This document shows positions 1-12,240 of a stretch of DNA of 64,000 nt, one piece after another. The stretch spans positions 295,367-359,366 of the forward strand of contig RDEW01000045.1 in the NCBI GenBank assembly GCA_011109175.1, given 5' to 3'. Position numbers and translations under genes: made by a program. The stretch comes from Dicyema japonicum. Lineage: Eukaryota; Animalia; Dicyemida. A model generated the notes under the pieces. That model was not told the DNA's origin. It searched no databases and was given only the letters and a program-made list of their open reading frames with translations. How positions within the stretch are numbered: position 1 is the stretch's first letter; each line of letters starts with the position of its first letter.

Positions 1-480
1 AGAGTGGAGCATAACTCAGAGCTTCATCATGTACCTCACTTGTGACACTATTGGATGACGACGCAATGAGGATTGAGGTTTCAGTCGCCTCGGAATAGAT
101 GTTTGCACGATTCATCTCTGTAGATGTGAGGAATGGTCGGTGCGAAAGGTCTTCATGCTCTTTCCTGTCGGAGGATTTCTGAAAAAAGTCAAAGACACGC
201 CTCAATAAACGAAGTTATTGGTAAGGTTAGATTTCCTGTCCAATTGGAGCTGCTTGGACTTGCTCGAGCCAACCGTAGACTGGACGTAACTACTCGACAG
301 TTCATTTTTGAACCAGTCGCAGTGGAACCGTCAGGAATCATTGAAACAGGTCACTGGTCCTGCTAAACAGAATCGGATCGCTCATCGGGTGGAAAAAATG
401 ATAGGAGAGAAAGGAGATAACTCATTGAGCACATTTCCTTGCAAATCGTCAGGGGAAATGCCTTCTCAATTATGCGTTAT
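1..480 (+). mobile_element. 3' remnant of a CRE-clade (RLE-type) non-LTR retrotransposon
   Basis: Broken frames give GLHALSC..RHASINEVI (CCHC knuckle), FEPVAVE.SG and IVRGNA.SI (CRE C-terminus), followed by an A/T-rich tract; homologous to the CRE copies at 6453-9475 and 34790-35757. Confidence 0.75.
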
Positions 481-563
481 ATAAAAAAGTTTTTTTTTTT
501 TTTAATTTTTTTTTATAAAAAAGTTGATATAATTATTATTAATCGTAAATTTTTTTTGTTCTA

Positions 564-1600
564 GTGGTTTGGCGGATCTTACCAGCTAGTCAAAGTGTGT
601 TCCGAGAAGGGAGGTCTACGGCAGACATTGTATGGAGCCACAGATGGCGCTGCGCAACGCACCAAAGATTCAAGAGCGCAACGACCGTGTTGGGAATAGA
701 TCTCTCCAGAGCTTTCGATTCAATAAACAGACAGAAACTGATGAATGTGCTTGAGCAAATATTGGATGAATCGTCGGTTAAGATAATCAGACTACTACTT
801 GCGAACACAAGACTATCTGTGAGGACAGAAGGAGCAACTTCACGCAGTTTCAAAACAACGATTGGGACACCCCAAGGTGATTCCCTCTCCCCTTTACTAT
901 TCACCATATACCTTGAATCTGTACTCCGCGACCTCCGTAAATGCTATATAGGAGACATAGAAGAGACATCTTATGCGGATGATGTGGATTTCGTATCACT
1001 GGACGTGACAGCACTCCAACACCTACTAGAAAATGCACCTGCGGAGCTTGAGAAATGGTTTTTAGCGTAAATGTAAACAAAACTGAAATTACGGAAATCA
1101 AAAGAGAAGACGATATTACTCATGAAAGATGGAGACGTACTAATAAGCTCGGCTCTCTAGACGTACTAATAAGCTCAGCTCTAGGAGACGCTGAAGATGT
1201 ACTAAGGAGGAAAACACTGGCAAATGCGGCAACGGCTAAACTGAAGAAAGGATGGCTAAAAGCCAAAGACTTGGAATTGACATCAGATGCAGGCTTTACA
1301 ACGCGTTTGTGAAACCGATCCTACTGTATAACGCTGGGACATGGGGAAGTTCCTTCAACGAACTATTGAAACTGGATTCTTCCATAGAAGGCAACTAAGA
1401 AGCTTACTCGGAATGGAGTGGCCACGTAGAATATCAACCACTGGTATCTACAACAAGTGTATGTGTTCTTACATCAGCAAGGATGTGATAGATGCCCGGT
1501 GGAGGCTATTTGGGCATGTACTAAAATTGAACCCGGACGCACCCGCTAACAAAGCGATGGAAGATTACTTTGACAGTTGCGACAAACCCTTCTTACAAAA
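564..1600 (+). mobile_element. 5'-truncated RTE-group LINE, reverse transcriptase remnant
   Basis: GRSTADIVWSHRW, GIDLSRAFDS, GTPQGDSLSPLLF, YADDVDF, RWRLFGHVL motifs; same family as 38219-41209. Confidence 0.85.
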
Positions 1601-3900
1601 AAATATTGAAGATATAAACCAATTAGAAGTGAGAAGTGTGTCTTCAGGACTACATGATGCCAATGGAACTAGCATACGATGTGGGAAATGTTCCTGCTCA
1701 TCTGCTGTCCCTAAAAGCATTAGTCACTGAGATTCGATCAGGTGACAGGATCAAGTGGATCTCAATGGTTGTCAACTCTGCGAAAAGGAGATTCGGGAGA
1801 ATCCCTCGTGGTGGATGGAGTCTCATCGTCCAGCAACTCAATGCTCGTTTCTCCACTCATAAAAGTGTACTGGTGTTAGAAAATTATTGAATGTAAAGCC
1901 TAATAAAAAGACGCCCGTTGACCAGAAAAGTCGAGATGCTTGTTCAAATTGAGAGAGTTAAATTAGTTTCCCGAGATGGAAGGAAACCCACACAAAAGAT
2001 TCCATACAAGTTGCTTAAAAAGGATGTTCTTATTACATTAAATGCAGTGATTTCAAATTATGTGTCATCATCTGCGCCAATGGACATGAATGAGATAACC
2101 GACATAATTTATGCTGCACAATGCGTATATGAAAATTTGACAAAGAAGCAATCAGTAAAAAGCTGTTAGAGGAAAAATGTGGAGAAGAGAATTGCAAAAT
2201 TCAAAGAAAATTGCGCCTTAGTTTATGGGTTTACTGGGAAGCAGTCAAGGGAAGAAAGGAAAAAAACGCTTGATTTTTTATGCTCGCTTGGATACAAGAA
2301 ATCAAAGAAGGGAGAACTGAAAAGGATATCTAGCCTAATTGAAGACAAAATCAAGATCATGGAGAAAAATCTCAATTCATGAATCAAGAAAATCCTTTAG
2401 ACGAGATAATTTTTATTTTGAGCTGAACAAGAGGAGGTTTTATCGGAGGCTCAATGATGACGTCAATAATAGTGACTGTAAAGTTACAGAAAATGAGTGC
2501 GTGTCATTTTGGAAAGATGTGTGGGAAAAGGATCAGAATTATTTTCACAGAAATATTGTTGGGAGGCGAATAACAGGAGCAGAGGAGTTACCTGTTAGAT
2601 ATGACAGTTGAGTTCGTTAAGAACATTATTCACTATACGCCGAATTGGAAGAGCTCTTGCTGTGAGTATATGGATTATTTGTCAAGAAAGTTGATTTTTT
2701 TTATAGTTGGAGAGATTATCAAGATAGTGAGTGGTGAATATTGCCTGGAAGAATGGTTCTATACTGGGATTACGTACCTCATTCCGAATAAAGAAGACTG
2801 CTTTTCTCCGAATGACTTACGACCAATTACGTGCATGCCTATATTGTACAAACTTGTCACAAAATGTGTTAATACAAAACTTACGGATTATATTGAAGGT
2901 TTTAATCTTATCTCGGATAATCAGTTTGGAGCAAGAAGGCAGTGCAAAGGAGCAGGCTTTAATAAATAAGTGTGTTAATGCTGAACATGGAAATAGCTTA
3001 TTCACAACATGGATTGTGAAGTTTATCAAAAATTTAATAAGCAAGTTGAATGTTATTTTGAACCTTAACAAAAAAAGAATTGGAAAGGTCAAACTCGGGA
3101 GAGGAATCTTGCAAGGAGACTCACTCTCCCTCCAGCTGTTTACTCTGGAAATGGACCCACTAAGCCGAATATTAAATATAAAATTCCCGAACATATGTAT
3201 TGATCAGAGTGATCGGTCTATTGTGACATGTGCGACTAACCATTTTCTTTTTATTGACGACCTGAAAATAATTGCCGAATATGAAGATACTTTTCTAAAA
3301 ATGATGGAGGATATTGATGCTATCTAAAAAAGTCTGCAACTAATCTGAAATGTGCCAAAGATACAAGTTATCTGGATGGTTGTGAGGGATATAGCTATCT
3401 TGGAGTGTTAGAAGATAAAGGGAGTAAGGTTATGAAAGACAAAGTTATGGAAAAAATTGCTGAAACTGTGAAGAAAAGGATAGAGATGCTGGCGAATTCG
3501 AAATTAAACGCTGTAAACTTGTTTAAAGCGATAAATGAATTCGCACTCTCGCTATATAATTATTATATTGGGCTTATTGAACCACGTGAATTCGAAGCTA
3601 TTGATTTAGAAATCCGGTGTATACTTTCTAACTTACGAGTGCACAACCTTCTAACAAAGAAAGATTGTATCTCAACAGGAATAGTTTTGGAGGAGGATTA
3701 ACCTCAATAAGAGTGAATGCATGTTATTTCAATTTTTGACTGACCTTGAGAGGAAATCTTCCATGTGTCTTTGAAGGGCAGGAATCTTGCGGGTCCTAAA
3801 ACAAAGGAAAACACATATGACAACTATCGCAAGATTTATTTCACTCAAATACAATGTGGATGACCTATCTAACTTGAATACTAACATTATAAAGGAATAT
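1600..3900 (+). mobile_element. Decayed R4/Dong-like RLE-type non-LTR retrotransposon
   Basis: FELNKRRFYRRL, PNWK, TGITYLIP..DLRPITCMPILYK, NQFGARRQC, GILQGDSLS, NHFLFIDDLK across frameshifted ORFs; boundaries approximate. Confidence 0.8.
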
Positions 3901-4314
3901 CAAAAAAGAATTATTTGCATACACCTACAACTATGTCATCAATTTGGAATAAACTAAAAAAACTTTAGAGAGCATGATAATCGAGCATAGAAATGGGTTG
4001 AAAGTTGATAACTATGATGATCATCTTATCTCAAGAGGCTTATAACTCGGAGGTGACGACGAAGAGGAACCATGAGAAACAACTGTTTTGTCTAGAGATT
4101 TGCTTTTTCAAGTTGTATCTGAAAGAAACAGTGAGGGTGATACAAAGGGCCAATGCCCAAAAAAGAGAAGAATGCATAGTGTTAATTAATTACAATTGAT
4201 TTTCTTTGGTTTTAGTTAATTTATTATAAGAATCGTAATAAAACTACTAATTATAACCATTTAAGCTTTAATCTTAATTTGTGTAAAATCCTTGTTTTAC
4301 CCTAATATTGATTA

Positions 4315-5338
4315 TTATGAGATTACATGAATATACTCTGTTGGGTTAAACGATTTGTCTCTAATTGCCTGTAAATTCAAATTCTGTATAATAACAAAAA
4401 TTATACTTTGAAAAACGGATGATCCAACACATCACTATCCTTTAAGGACCCAAGTCGTTTGTTTGGGTTTTTAACAAGTAACTGAGATTCACAAAGTGTA
4501 ATACCTTCGAGATTATATCCTTGCACATTTTATTTGTTCCAATGGGGAAGTAAGGGTAGAGTCCGAGAATATCCGAGCATAGTTTTAGAATATCCATTTT
4601 TAAGTAAGGAAACAAAATATAAATAAAACAATAATACTTTTCGAAAGTACATGTAATAAATGACAATCCCTAAACACCACCAATCCACACTATAGTTGAA
4701 TTGATGGTAGATTATCAGTTCAGGTGAGGCATAAACCGGGGACCCAGCCATTGATTTGCAAGATTCATCTCGACTAACTTTCATTTCGCTGATACCAAAG
4801 TCAGTAATTTTAACGTAACCATCCGACCCCAACAACAAATTTTCTAATTTAAGGTCCCCAAGGTGGGCAAAAAGAACGAACCTATGAATGATCATGTTAT
4901 CATGAAGGAACTCCAATCCAAGTGCTACGCAGGCGGAATAAAACTTTACTTGGCGCAAACTAAAACGATGTCTTCTCTGCAGATATTCTAAATCTCCCAA
5001 ATCAAAGTACTCTAGAGCGAAACAAATATTGGACTAAAGTTAGACCGAACTAAACCTCATCATAAAAGTAGGAATTTATGTGAACAAATAAGTGACTGTC
5101 CGATCTTGTTACCAAATCAAAAATCACCAATTCATTTCGTATTCTTTTTAATTCTACGGATTCGTCAATATTTTGACTTTTCACTGCGGCTTTATTTTGA
5201 CTCCTATCTTCGAACAAGGCAACCTATTATTTTAGTCAAACTACCTTTCCAAATCCCCCAATTGCTATTGTCCCTATTTTAGTATAATCAGTTGGGGAGG
5301 ACCTAATCAATATATCACATGTTGTACATTTTAACCAT
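4315..5338 (-). CDS. Compact AGC-family (PKC/PKN-like) Ser/Thr kinase, catalytic domain only, about 7 short introns
   Basis: Spliced product MVKMSSPTDYTKIGTIAIGGFGK|VAL..AAVK..IRNE..|..HR|DLKLEN..DFG..GSPVYASPE..DWWCLG..|FPY..|LLVKNPNKRLG..HPFFK; introns 21-25 nt; two predicted acceptors are not AG; 3' end uncertain. Confidence 0.75.
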
Positions 5339-6452
5339 CAAATTTAGAGTATTCAACAAATTTTTTAATTTTTCAATATTTTTGTCACTCATTGAATATT
5401 TTATCGGTTTTTTATTTATAATTGGGGAATTAATTTTCTTAAAAATAATTTTTGTAGTTATTAAACTTTAATTTTATTTCATTTTCCGATTTATGATTTA
5501 TTTTATGAAAATTAATAAAAAGTTAATTTGTTGTCTAAGTAAAGCTATTCTACCAAAAACCAGATATGGACTGAAGGAATTCACTTCCTTATCCATCCTC
5601 GTTATACGGTACATGTGACACAAATTACTGGGGCGAGATCACCGCTTATGAAAGACCATCTTTTTGTTAAAGACAAGTTCGAGATCTCTTTGCTTCCTTA
5701 GAAGCGAAGGATCTCTGTGAGCGATCTGACTTAAAATTCAATTTAAAACTATTTTCTTAGAATATAAACTATAATGCAGATAACTTGTTACATTATGAGG
5801 CAGGTTAAATTTTCAACTCTAAACTTTATCTAATTCGGCAATTCTCTTTGAATAATTCTATCAATGTCAAAAATCAATCAATCTTATTGGTACTATATAA
5901 AAAAAACGTCCGGATGGAATGACCATCTTTCAGTTTGTCGGTGAAAAGCTTATTGTCTGGATTGTCACATTCACGAATACCTTCGCCTTAAACAACGTCC
6001 ATCAGAGTGCTGTCAAAACCTGTTCAGTCACTGGAACAGCTGAGACATTGAAGCCTCTGAATTTTTGCTGATGCAATGTTTGTTTTCATAATTATAAATC
6101 TCTAGAGATCTCTCACTCTTTTCCTAGGATTTTTTAAAATACTCGGAAACAAATGTTCTGGCTGGCGTAGTGTATTCTTTTTAGATACTTTTCATACAAC
6201 AGGCAAACCAAAACAAAACCACATTTTTCATAGGAATCCTAGTACCGTCCGACCCCGAATTGGGGCAGACCCCAGGGGTGGGGCACCCTCGGATTTTGGG
6301 GCATTTTTTTTGGCCAACATTTTGGCAGAGTAAAATGGAAAATCGATAAAAAATATGGAAATTTTGGGGCACTATAAAATTGTGGGGAATGAAATTATAA
6401 GTAAATAAAATTATATTTTATTAATAAATATATAATTTTAATTTACACGTTT

Positions 6453-9400
6453 TCTCCCGCTTTCATTGCCGACCTCAAAAGTTTCGACTGGGAAAAGCTG
6501 TCAGTACAGGCAGCATCCCAAATTAAGCATTTGCCCCGAGAGAAGGGGAAGACAGTTAATTCCATCGGTCGCTTCCCATCATCCCTACTCAAGCCCGTTG
6601 GCTATAGAATGGATGGGTATCCCGCCAACTCGAGGGCGCGCTTCACCACTTCATTTATAGCCTTGTGTCTAGCGAATCGGCCTGCGCTTTTTCGACAAGA
6701 AAGGGCATGATGTCCATAGCAGTTGACCTTCCGGCCGCATCGGCACTCATGTGGTTGACAAACTTTCAATCCAAGTCTGATGGAGACTCCGGTGCGGACC
6801 GTTTCATCGTCTAGGTGAGTTCCCACGTTTCCAATGGGTAGGGCATTGATCCAAGCCCCGCTCCACTCGCATCTTGCAGTTAAAAGAAAGGCTCGTCGGT
6901 GTTGGTTAGATATTTTCAAAAGCCTCTCGTATTTATCCTCGCAAACAGACTCATAAAGGTCTCTCTGCCCGAGTTGTTTGACTTTATGGTGTACCAAATC
7001 TTCGATCTTTGACGACTCTGATGGGAGCTGGAGAATCATCATGATCAAATTCTGATTGGAGTCCAATGAGGATTGATATGCCGGGTGTGCTAAATCAGAT
7101 GGTGAGACAATTTTGAGTCCACCAAAGCGAACGGGCAAGGTTGCTTGTCCCAATCCTTGTTCGTCGAATTCGACATTAGTAATACGTTCGGTCGTAGACC
7201 GGAATAGGGAGTCAATTCGCCCCAAGTTGTTGCATTTTCAGGTAACATGGAGCTCCTCGAAGGACGTAATTTAATTTCTGCGTGGATAAAGCGTTTTTCA
7301 CGAGAAAAAGAGAGGTATGTGCATCCAGCATCCCAAGGCGTAAAAAAGTTTTTCTTAGTTGCTGTTCTTTAGCCAACAGAGTGTCGTTAATTCCAGTTTC
7401 AGCCAGAGGGCATCCAAGTATTTCCAAATGATCCGGCTCGATTTCCGATATTTTAGGAATAATCCCCCGAAACATTAATAGGATCCGATTCCATTCATAT
7501 CGGGAGAATCCATAATTAACAATTTCGCATTTGGATGCGTTTAGCTTTAAACCAAGCGTATCCAATTGGTTGTAATCTCTGTAGACAGTCATATACATTG
7601 TTAGGATGACCTCCCAGGGTGCAATCATCCAAATACCACACGTTCAGCGGAGTAGTAAGGCATCTCATGACACGGTCGACACCGAGGCAGAACAATGCCG
7701 GTCCTAGTGGGTCTCCTTGTTGAACCCCACACGACGAGGGAATGAAGTATTTCCCATGTACAAGACTGGACGGTTTTCCATACGAACAATGAACATAATT
7801 ATATATAGACGGGTAATGGGTAAGACAATCTTCCAAAATTACATCGCGCCGTATGGTATTGAAGGCGTTTTTTATGTCAATCTTGAGGACCACACAAGGC
7901 ATGTTCGTTCTGTTTCCAGTAAACATCCGAACGGCATGAACCGCCGCCTCACATCCACCAGGAGTACCGACCCCTACTTGGGTTGGTCGCAGTTGTTTGA
8001 CAAGCATCGGAAGGATTGCTCTGCTAGCAAGTTTAGAAGCCAGTCGACGAAAAACAAACCCAACAGCAATAGGACGAATTCCTCCTCCACATTTATCAAA
8101 GGCAATTAACTTGGCGGAAAACATAATATGACGGATTGCTTCTGGTAATCTTCCGGAAAGCATTCTGTTGATTAACCTCGTTATAGCCGATAATAGCCGA
8201 ACACCAGAGTTCCCCGTATTCTGATCAATTAAGTCTTTTAGGTGTCCTGGACGGAGTCCGTCGAGTCCGCCACTGCTGCTGGGGCGAATGAGAGGATCGC
8301 ATCTTTCACGTCCCCCTCAGAAATAATCAGACTAGGTAATTCTCCAGAGCAAGTAGGGATCTGCTCGTCCACTGGCGGACCAGGATGTCGTTCAACCAGT
8401 GCATCGTAGGAGTGTTCAGTTGGCTCAATTAGACGGTTATGCTCTTCTAGAGTCCTCACGGCGGCCCGGACTCCACCTTCAGATAGTTTGCGATGTATCG
8501 CTCTTCTCAATCTTTGTGTTTCTGAGGCATGGTTCTCGTGGTTTGAGGGCTTGAAGGTATATTCTCGGGAGTCACTGAACAAATTTCCAGAAGAAAACAA
8601 GCAAATATTTTCCTTTACAATAGACGTGAGCGATTCCTGATCTTTCCTCTTCTGACAGGGCATACATAGCGTGTATGGTGCAAAGTAGAATAATCGTGTC
8701 CAATCAACTGGGTCAGTCGAAGAAATTGCCCTTTCAATACAATCGTGTAAACAGTCGGCGGCAGGAACACGGGCTGCTTTTGGAATTTTGATCATGATCC
8801 TTCGTGTAGATGCCAGGTTTGCAATTGATTCAAGGGTTTTCTGGTAATCTATTGGTATTCGTTCAGGTGAATTAGGTGGAGTCGATGGTGCTTTCGTCCC
8901 AGGAAGGAGGCATGCCTGGCAACACCAGTTGGTAATGGTGGTAAGGGCTTTTTTGGTCATTCCAACACATGACATGTGAAAAAACGACGAACAAACGACA
9001 CAACATATCAGCCGCTTTCTTTTGTTAATTTTATTGCAAAATTCACAAAGCTCTTCTCTTTTGTCGATCTTGTGCATATCGCTTCTGGTTACTTCTTTCT
9101 CAATTACACCACCACCACACACCACATTTTTTTTGAGATGGAATTACTGTCTTCCCCTTCTCTCGGGGCAAATGCTTAATTTGGGATGCTGCCTGTACTG
9201 ACAGCTTTCCCAGTCGAAACTTTTGAGGTCGGCAATGAAAGCGGAGAGGCCGCCCGTTTATATGAAAACTCAAAAATAAAGAAATACAGCAGCCTCCTAA
9301 ACCGTTTCAATGTACAGCCAGTGTCGTCGAGACGAGCGGAGTCTTTGGCCCCAAGACGGTCTCTTTCCTTAGAGCACTTGGGTGTCTATTGACCAAAGCC

Positions 9401-9475
9401 TCGAGGGAGCGTCGGGAAACCGAGTGGCTTTTCCAAAGGATATCCCTGGCAGTAGTCAGAGGTAACAGCCACTCG
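6453..9475. mobile_element. CRE-clade non-LTR retrotransposon (PHD-RT-CCHC-RLE) with inverted 5' body
   Basis: Minus-strand PHD finger (C..C..C..C..H..C..C..C), IRPIAVG, QGDPLGP, YLDD, CCHC; plus-strand RLE C-terminus 9137-9475 (LIWDAAC, FQRISLAVVRGN); 12-bp TSD ATTTACACGTTT at 6441-6452 and 9476-9487. Confidence 0.88.
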
Positions 9476-9507
9476 ATTTACACGTTTATTTACATTTTTT
9501 GTTGTGA

Positions 9508-11105
9508 ATGGTTATCAACTACGAAACAAAATTAACGATTGCTAAATTGATATTGAAGAACAAATTATCTGAAAGACAGATAATTAAAAAATACAAAACT
9601 AGTAAAGGCATGATTTCGCGAATAAAAAAACAATTGTACCTTTTCTTGAACAAGGAACTGTAAACACGGATGAAGATCCTATGCCTTATTGTGAGAAATC
9701 TAAATTCGATGATCAAGTTTTTGAAATATTTCAGAAACTACGCGAAGATAAGGTTCCAATATCAGGTCCTTTCATAAAGAAAATTGCCTTATATACGGCT
9801 TCAAAAATTGGATTTGATACTTTCAAAGCTTCAAACGGCTGGCTTGACAGATTTAAAAAGCGACATGAACTGAAATTTAAATCAATTTGTGGAGATAAAA
9901 ATTCATGTGACTTGACTTACATCAATGAGCTTTTTAAAATTCTTGATGTGAAAATTATTCAATATGGAAGACAAAATGTTTTTAATTGTTATGAAACTGC
10001 TCTTTATATAAAAAGGACTCCACGAAAGTCGTTTGTCGGAATAAATGACGATACTTTTGGCTTTAAACAGGGAAAAGAAAGAGTCACTGTACTTCTTTGT
10101 TGCAATTCCATGGGGGAAAAACTTGAGCCATTGATTGTTGGAAAATTTAAAAACCCTCGATGTCTCAAAAATTTCAATGTGAAAGATTTTGGAATTTCAT
10201 ATTCATCCTCTAAAAATGCATGGATGACTGGAAATATTTTTATGAGCTGGTTGACTAGGATAAATGAAAGATTTTATACAATCAACAGAAAAGTATTAAT
10301 ATTGCTTGATAATGCGGGATGTCATAAAACTATTGAATGCTCAAATATTGAGTTTTTATTTTTGCCAAAAAATACAACACCTTATTTGCAACCATTGGAT
10401 ATGGGAATTATCAAGACCTTTAAAGATTATTACTCAAATTATCTGATTCAGTATTTGTGTTTTGAAAAGAATGATGATGAATTCAAACGGTTGATAAACT
10501 CGAGTCTATCATAGAGGCAACTGGAGGCAATTTCAGAAGAGAAAAGGAAAAAGACCCCGTCCGTATAGAAAATGCGTGGGATCACAGTCGGAGCATCGAG
10601 AAAAAATGGCCCGATTATTGAGAGATGCCGGGATCACCTGAATATTAGTTATTGGTTAAGACGGTGTTTCTTTGGCTTAAAATAATAATAAACAAAATAA
10701 ACCTTCGTCATGTAATTCTGCTAATTTCTAAAAAGCTGGGAAAAACTTGATCCAAGTTTAATATTTAATTGTTGGAATCAAATTGAAAAGATTCGTGATT
10801 CCGTAAAAATTGAAGATACCATTACAGAAGAAATGATCAACAATGCCGTAAACGAAACATTGAATGAGGAAAGTGACGAATTCGTTGATAATATTTACAA
10901 CGAAGGTTTAGAAAACAATAACATGGAAACAATTCTAAAAGAAACGCAAGATTCTCTTGATCAGCTAGAGAAGAAAATTTTTTACATATCTCCTGAAATG
11001 CTCAAAGAATTTTACGATTTTCGACTTAATTTTATGAAAAATGTAAGAAGTAAAAGGACAACTGGTGATAAATTAACTGATTATTTTTCTAAAATTGATT
11101 TTTGA
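9508..11105 (+). pseudogene. pogo/Tigger transposase (HTH-psq/CENP-B HTH + DDE), interrupted
   Basis: ATG 9508; FKASNGWLDRFKKRH, FN.YETAL, KERVTVLLCCN, AWMT, LLDNAGCH, FLPKNTTPYLQPLDMGIIK; frameshifts plus a 197-bp LINE insertion. Confidence 0.9.
10500..10696 (+). mobile_element. 5'-truncated 3' end of Jockey/I-like LINE family A
   Basis: Encodes RPYRKCVGSQSEHREKMARLLRDAGIT*, homologous to RPVRSCAGTKEERRAKMRSLLKCIGIT* at 23850-23934; A-rich tail; 6-bp TSD ATAAAC (10494-99, 10697-702); removal restores transposase LINLRHVILL. Confidence 0.8.
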
Positions 11106-11694
11106 TGTTTAAAATCTCTGTTTTATTAAACCCCTGTTTTTGGGGCACCCCCGCTTTTTGGGGCACTTGGTGCCCCAATTCGGGGTCGGACTGTACTATG
11201 AAACCCTTTGAGAGGACATATCAAATTTTGAATTAAAATAGTCTTTGGAATAATTTAATCGGTTCTCTAGTACTGTATTATTGAGGACGGTGTTACTCGT
11301 CAATCACAGAAGAATCGTATATGCGTGGAAATTTCAATTTGAAACTTCAAAGAAGGTTCAAAGTCAATTAGTTGCCCGATCTCTCTAACATGTAGGAGTC
11401 GGCTGCCATCAAGCGAATAAATGACCTCCTCGTGGCGAAAATTGGATACAGCTAATGACTTTCCTCTCCTAAAAGAATTTTCTTCTCAGAAAATCACTTT
11501 GGTTGGGAGATTTGAACCCGGAATCATATAGTTTTTGTCCGGTAATATTACACCTCGCCATTTTAATTTGTCCGACAATATAACACTATGCAAGTCAAAT
11601 TATTAATATATTCAATTATTGTCCTAATTTTGTTTCTTTTCCATTATTAACTATAAATTTAGTTTTCGAACAGTTTCTCGCGCAGGATCCCAGT

Positions 11695-11764
11695 GGGGGA
11701 TTATATAGTTGATTAAAATGAAGTGATTTGGGGGATTATATAGTTGATTAAAATGAAGTGATTT
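11695..11764. repeat. Perfect 35-bp tandem duplication
   Basis: GGGGGATTATATAGTTGATTAAAATGAAGTGATTT x2. Confidence 0.9.
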
Positions 11765-11769
11765 AAACC

Positions 11770-12240
11770 AGTGACGATATTAATCAAGATTTTTTAGTGG
11801 TCCTGTCCTGTATCCACTCGTGCCTCAGATCAGAGTAGATCAAATCGTTTTTAATGATGGTAAGTAGCCACGTCTAAGTCGGTTTTTTTTTCTGATGACG
11901 ATGTATCCAGGAACGATTGGAGTTACACTTTTTGTAGAAAGTTTTGACTCCTGGATAAGGAAAAAAGTCGATCTTGTGTTTCGAAAAAAGAATTCTTAGT
12001 TCCAGGATTTTTGTTTTTATACCATTAGTGTTGAGTTGCATAATAAAAAGTGGTTTTGGTCATGAGTTTTGTTAATGTCTCCAGAAAGCAAGAGTATCGA
12101 GAGGAGCAAGCGATTCCTCACATTTCGAGTTGAGTTATGCCACCCAAAAATACGATTTGGTTGGACGTGGAAGAGAAAATAGTTCTTTTCGACGTCTTTC
12201 AACACTGTCGCCTAAGGTGAACCACCTGACGCCATTTATC
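11770..12240 (-). mobile_element. 5' fragment of LINE family A ORF2 (degenerate 2A peptide + APE start)
   Basis: ILLLSGDI then frameshifted (E)QN..P KPL.IMQLN..G.KTKILEL; aligns at nucleotide level with 37460-37770. Confidence 0.75.

Larger units (their letters stand above)
6245..11193 (+). mobile_element. pogo/Tigger (Tc1/mariner superfamily) DNA transposon with two nested retro-insertions
   Basis: 23-bp TIRs C(C/A)GTCCGACCCCGAATTGGGGCA at 6245-6267 and 11171-11193, TA on both sides (6243-44, 11194-95), subterminal TTGGGGCA repeats, CENP-B-type DDE transposase inside. Confidence 0.92.

Noticed and set aside
11500-11570. B-box-like GGGTTCAAATC on the minus strand (tRNA/SINE?)
   Set aside because: No acceptor stem, A-box or cloverleaf could be built
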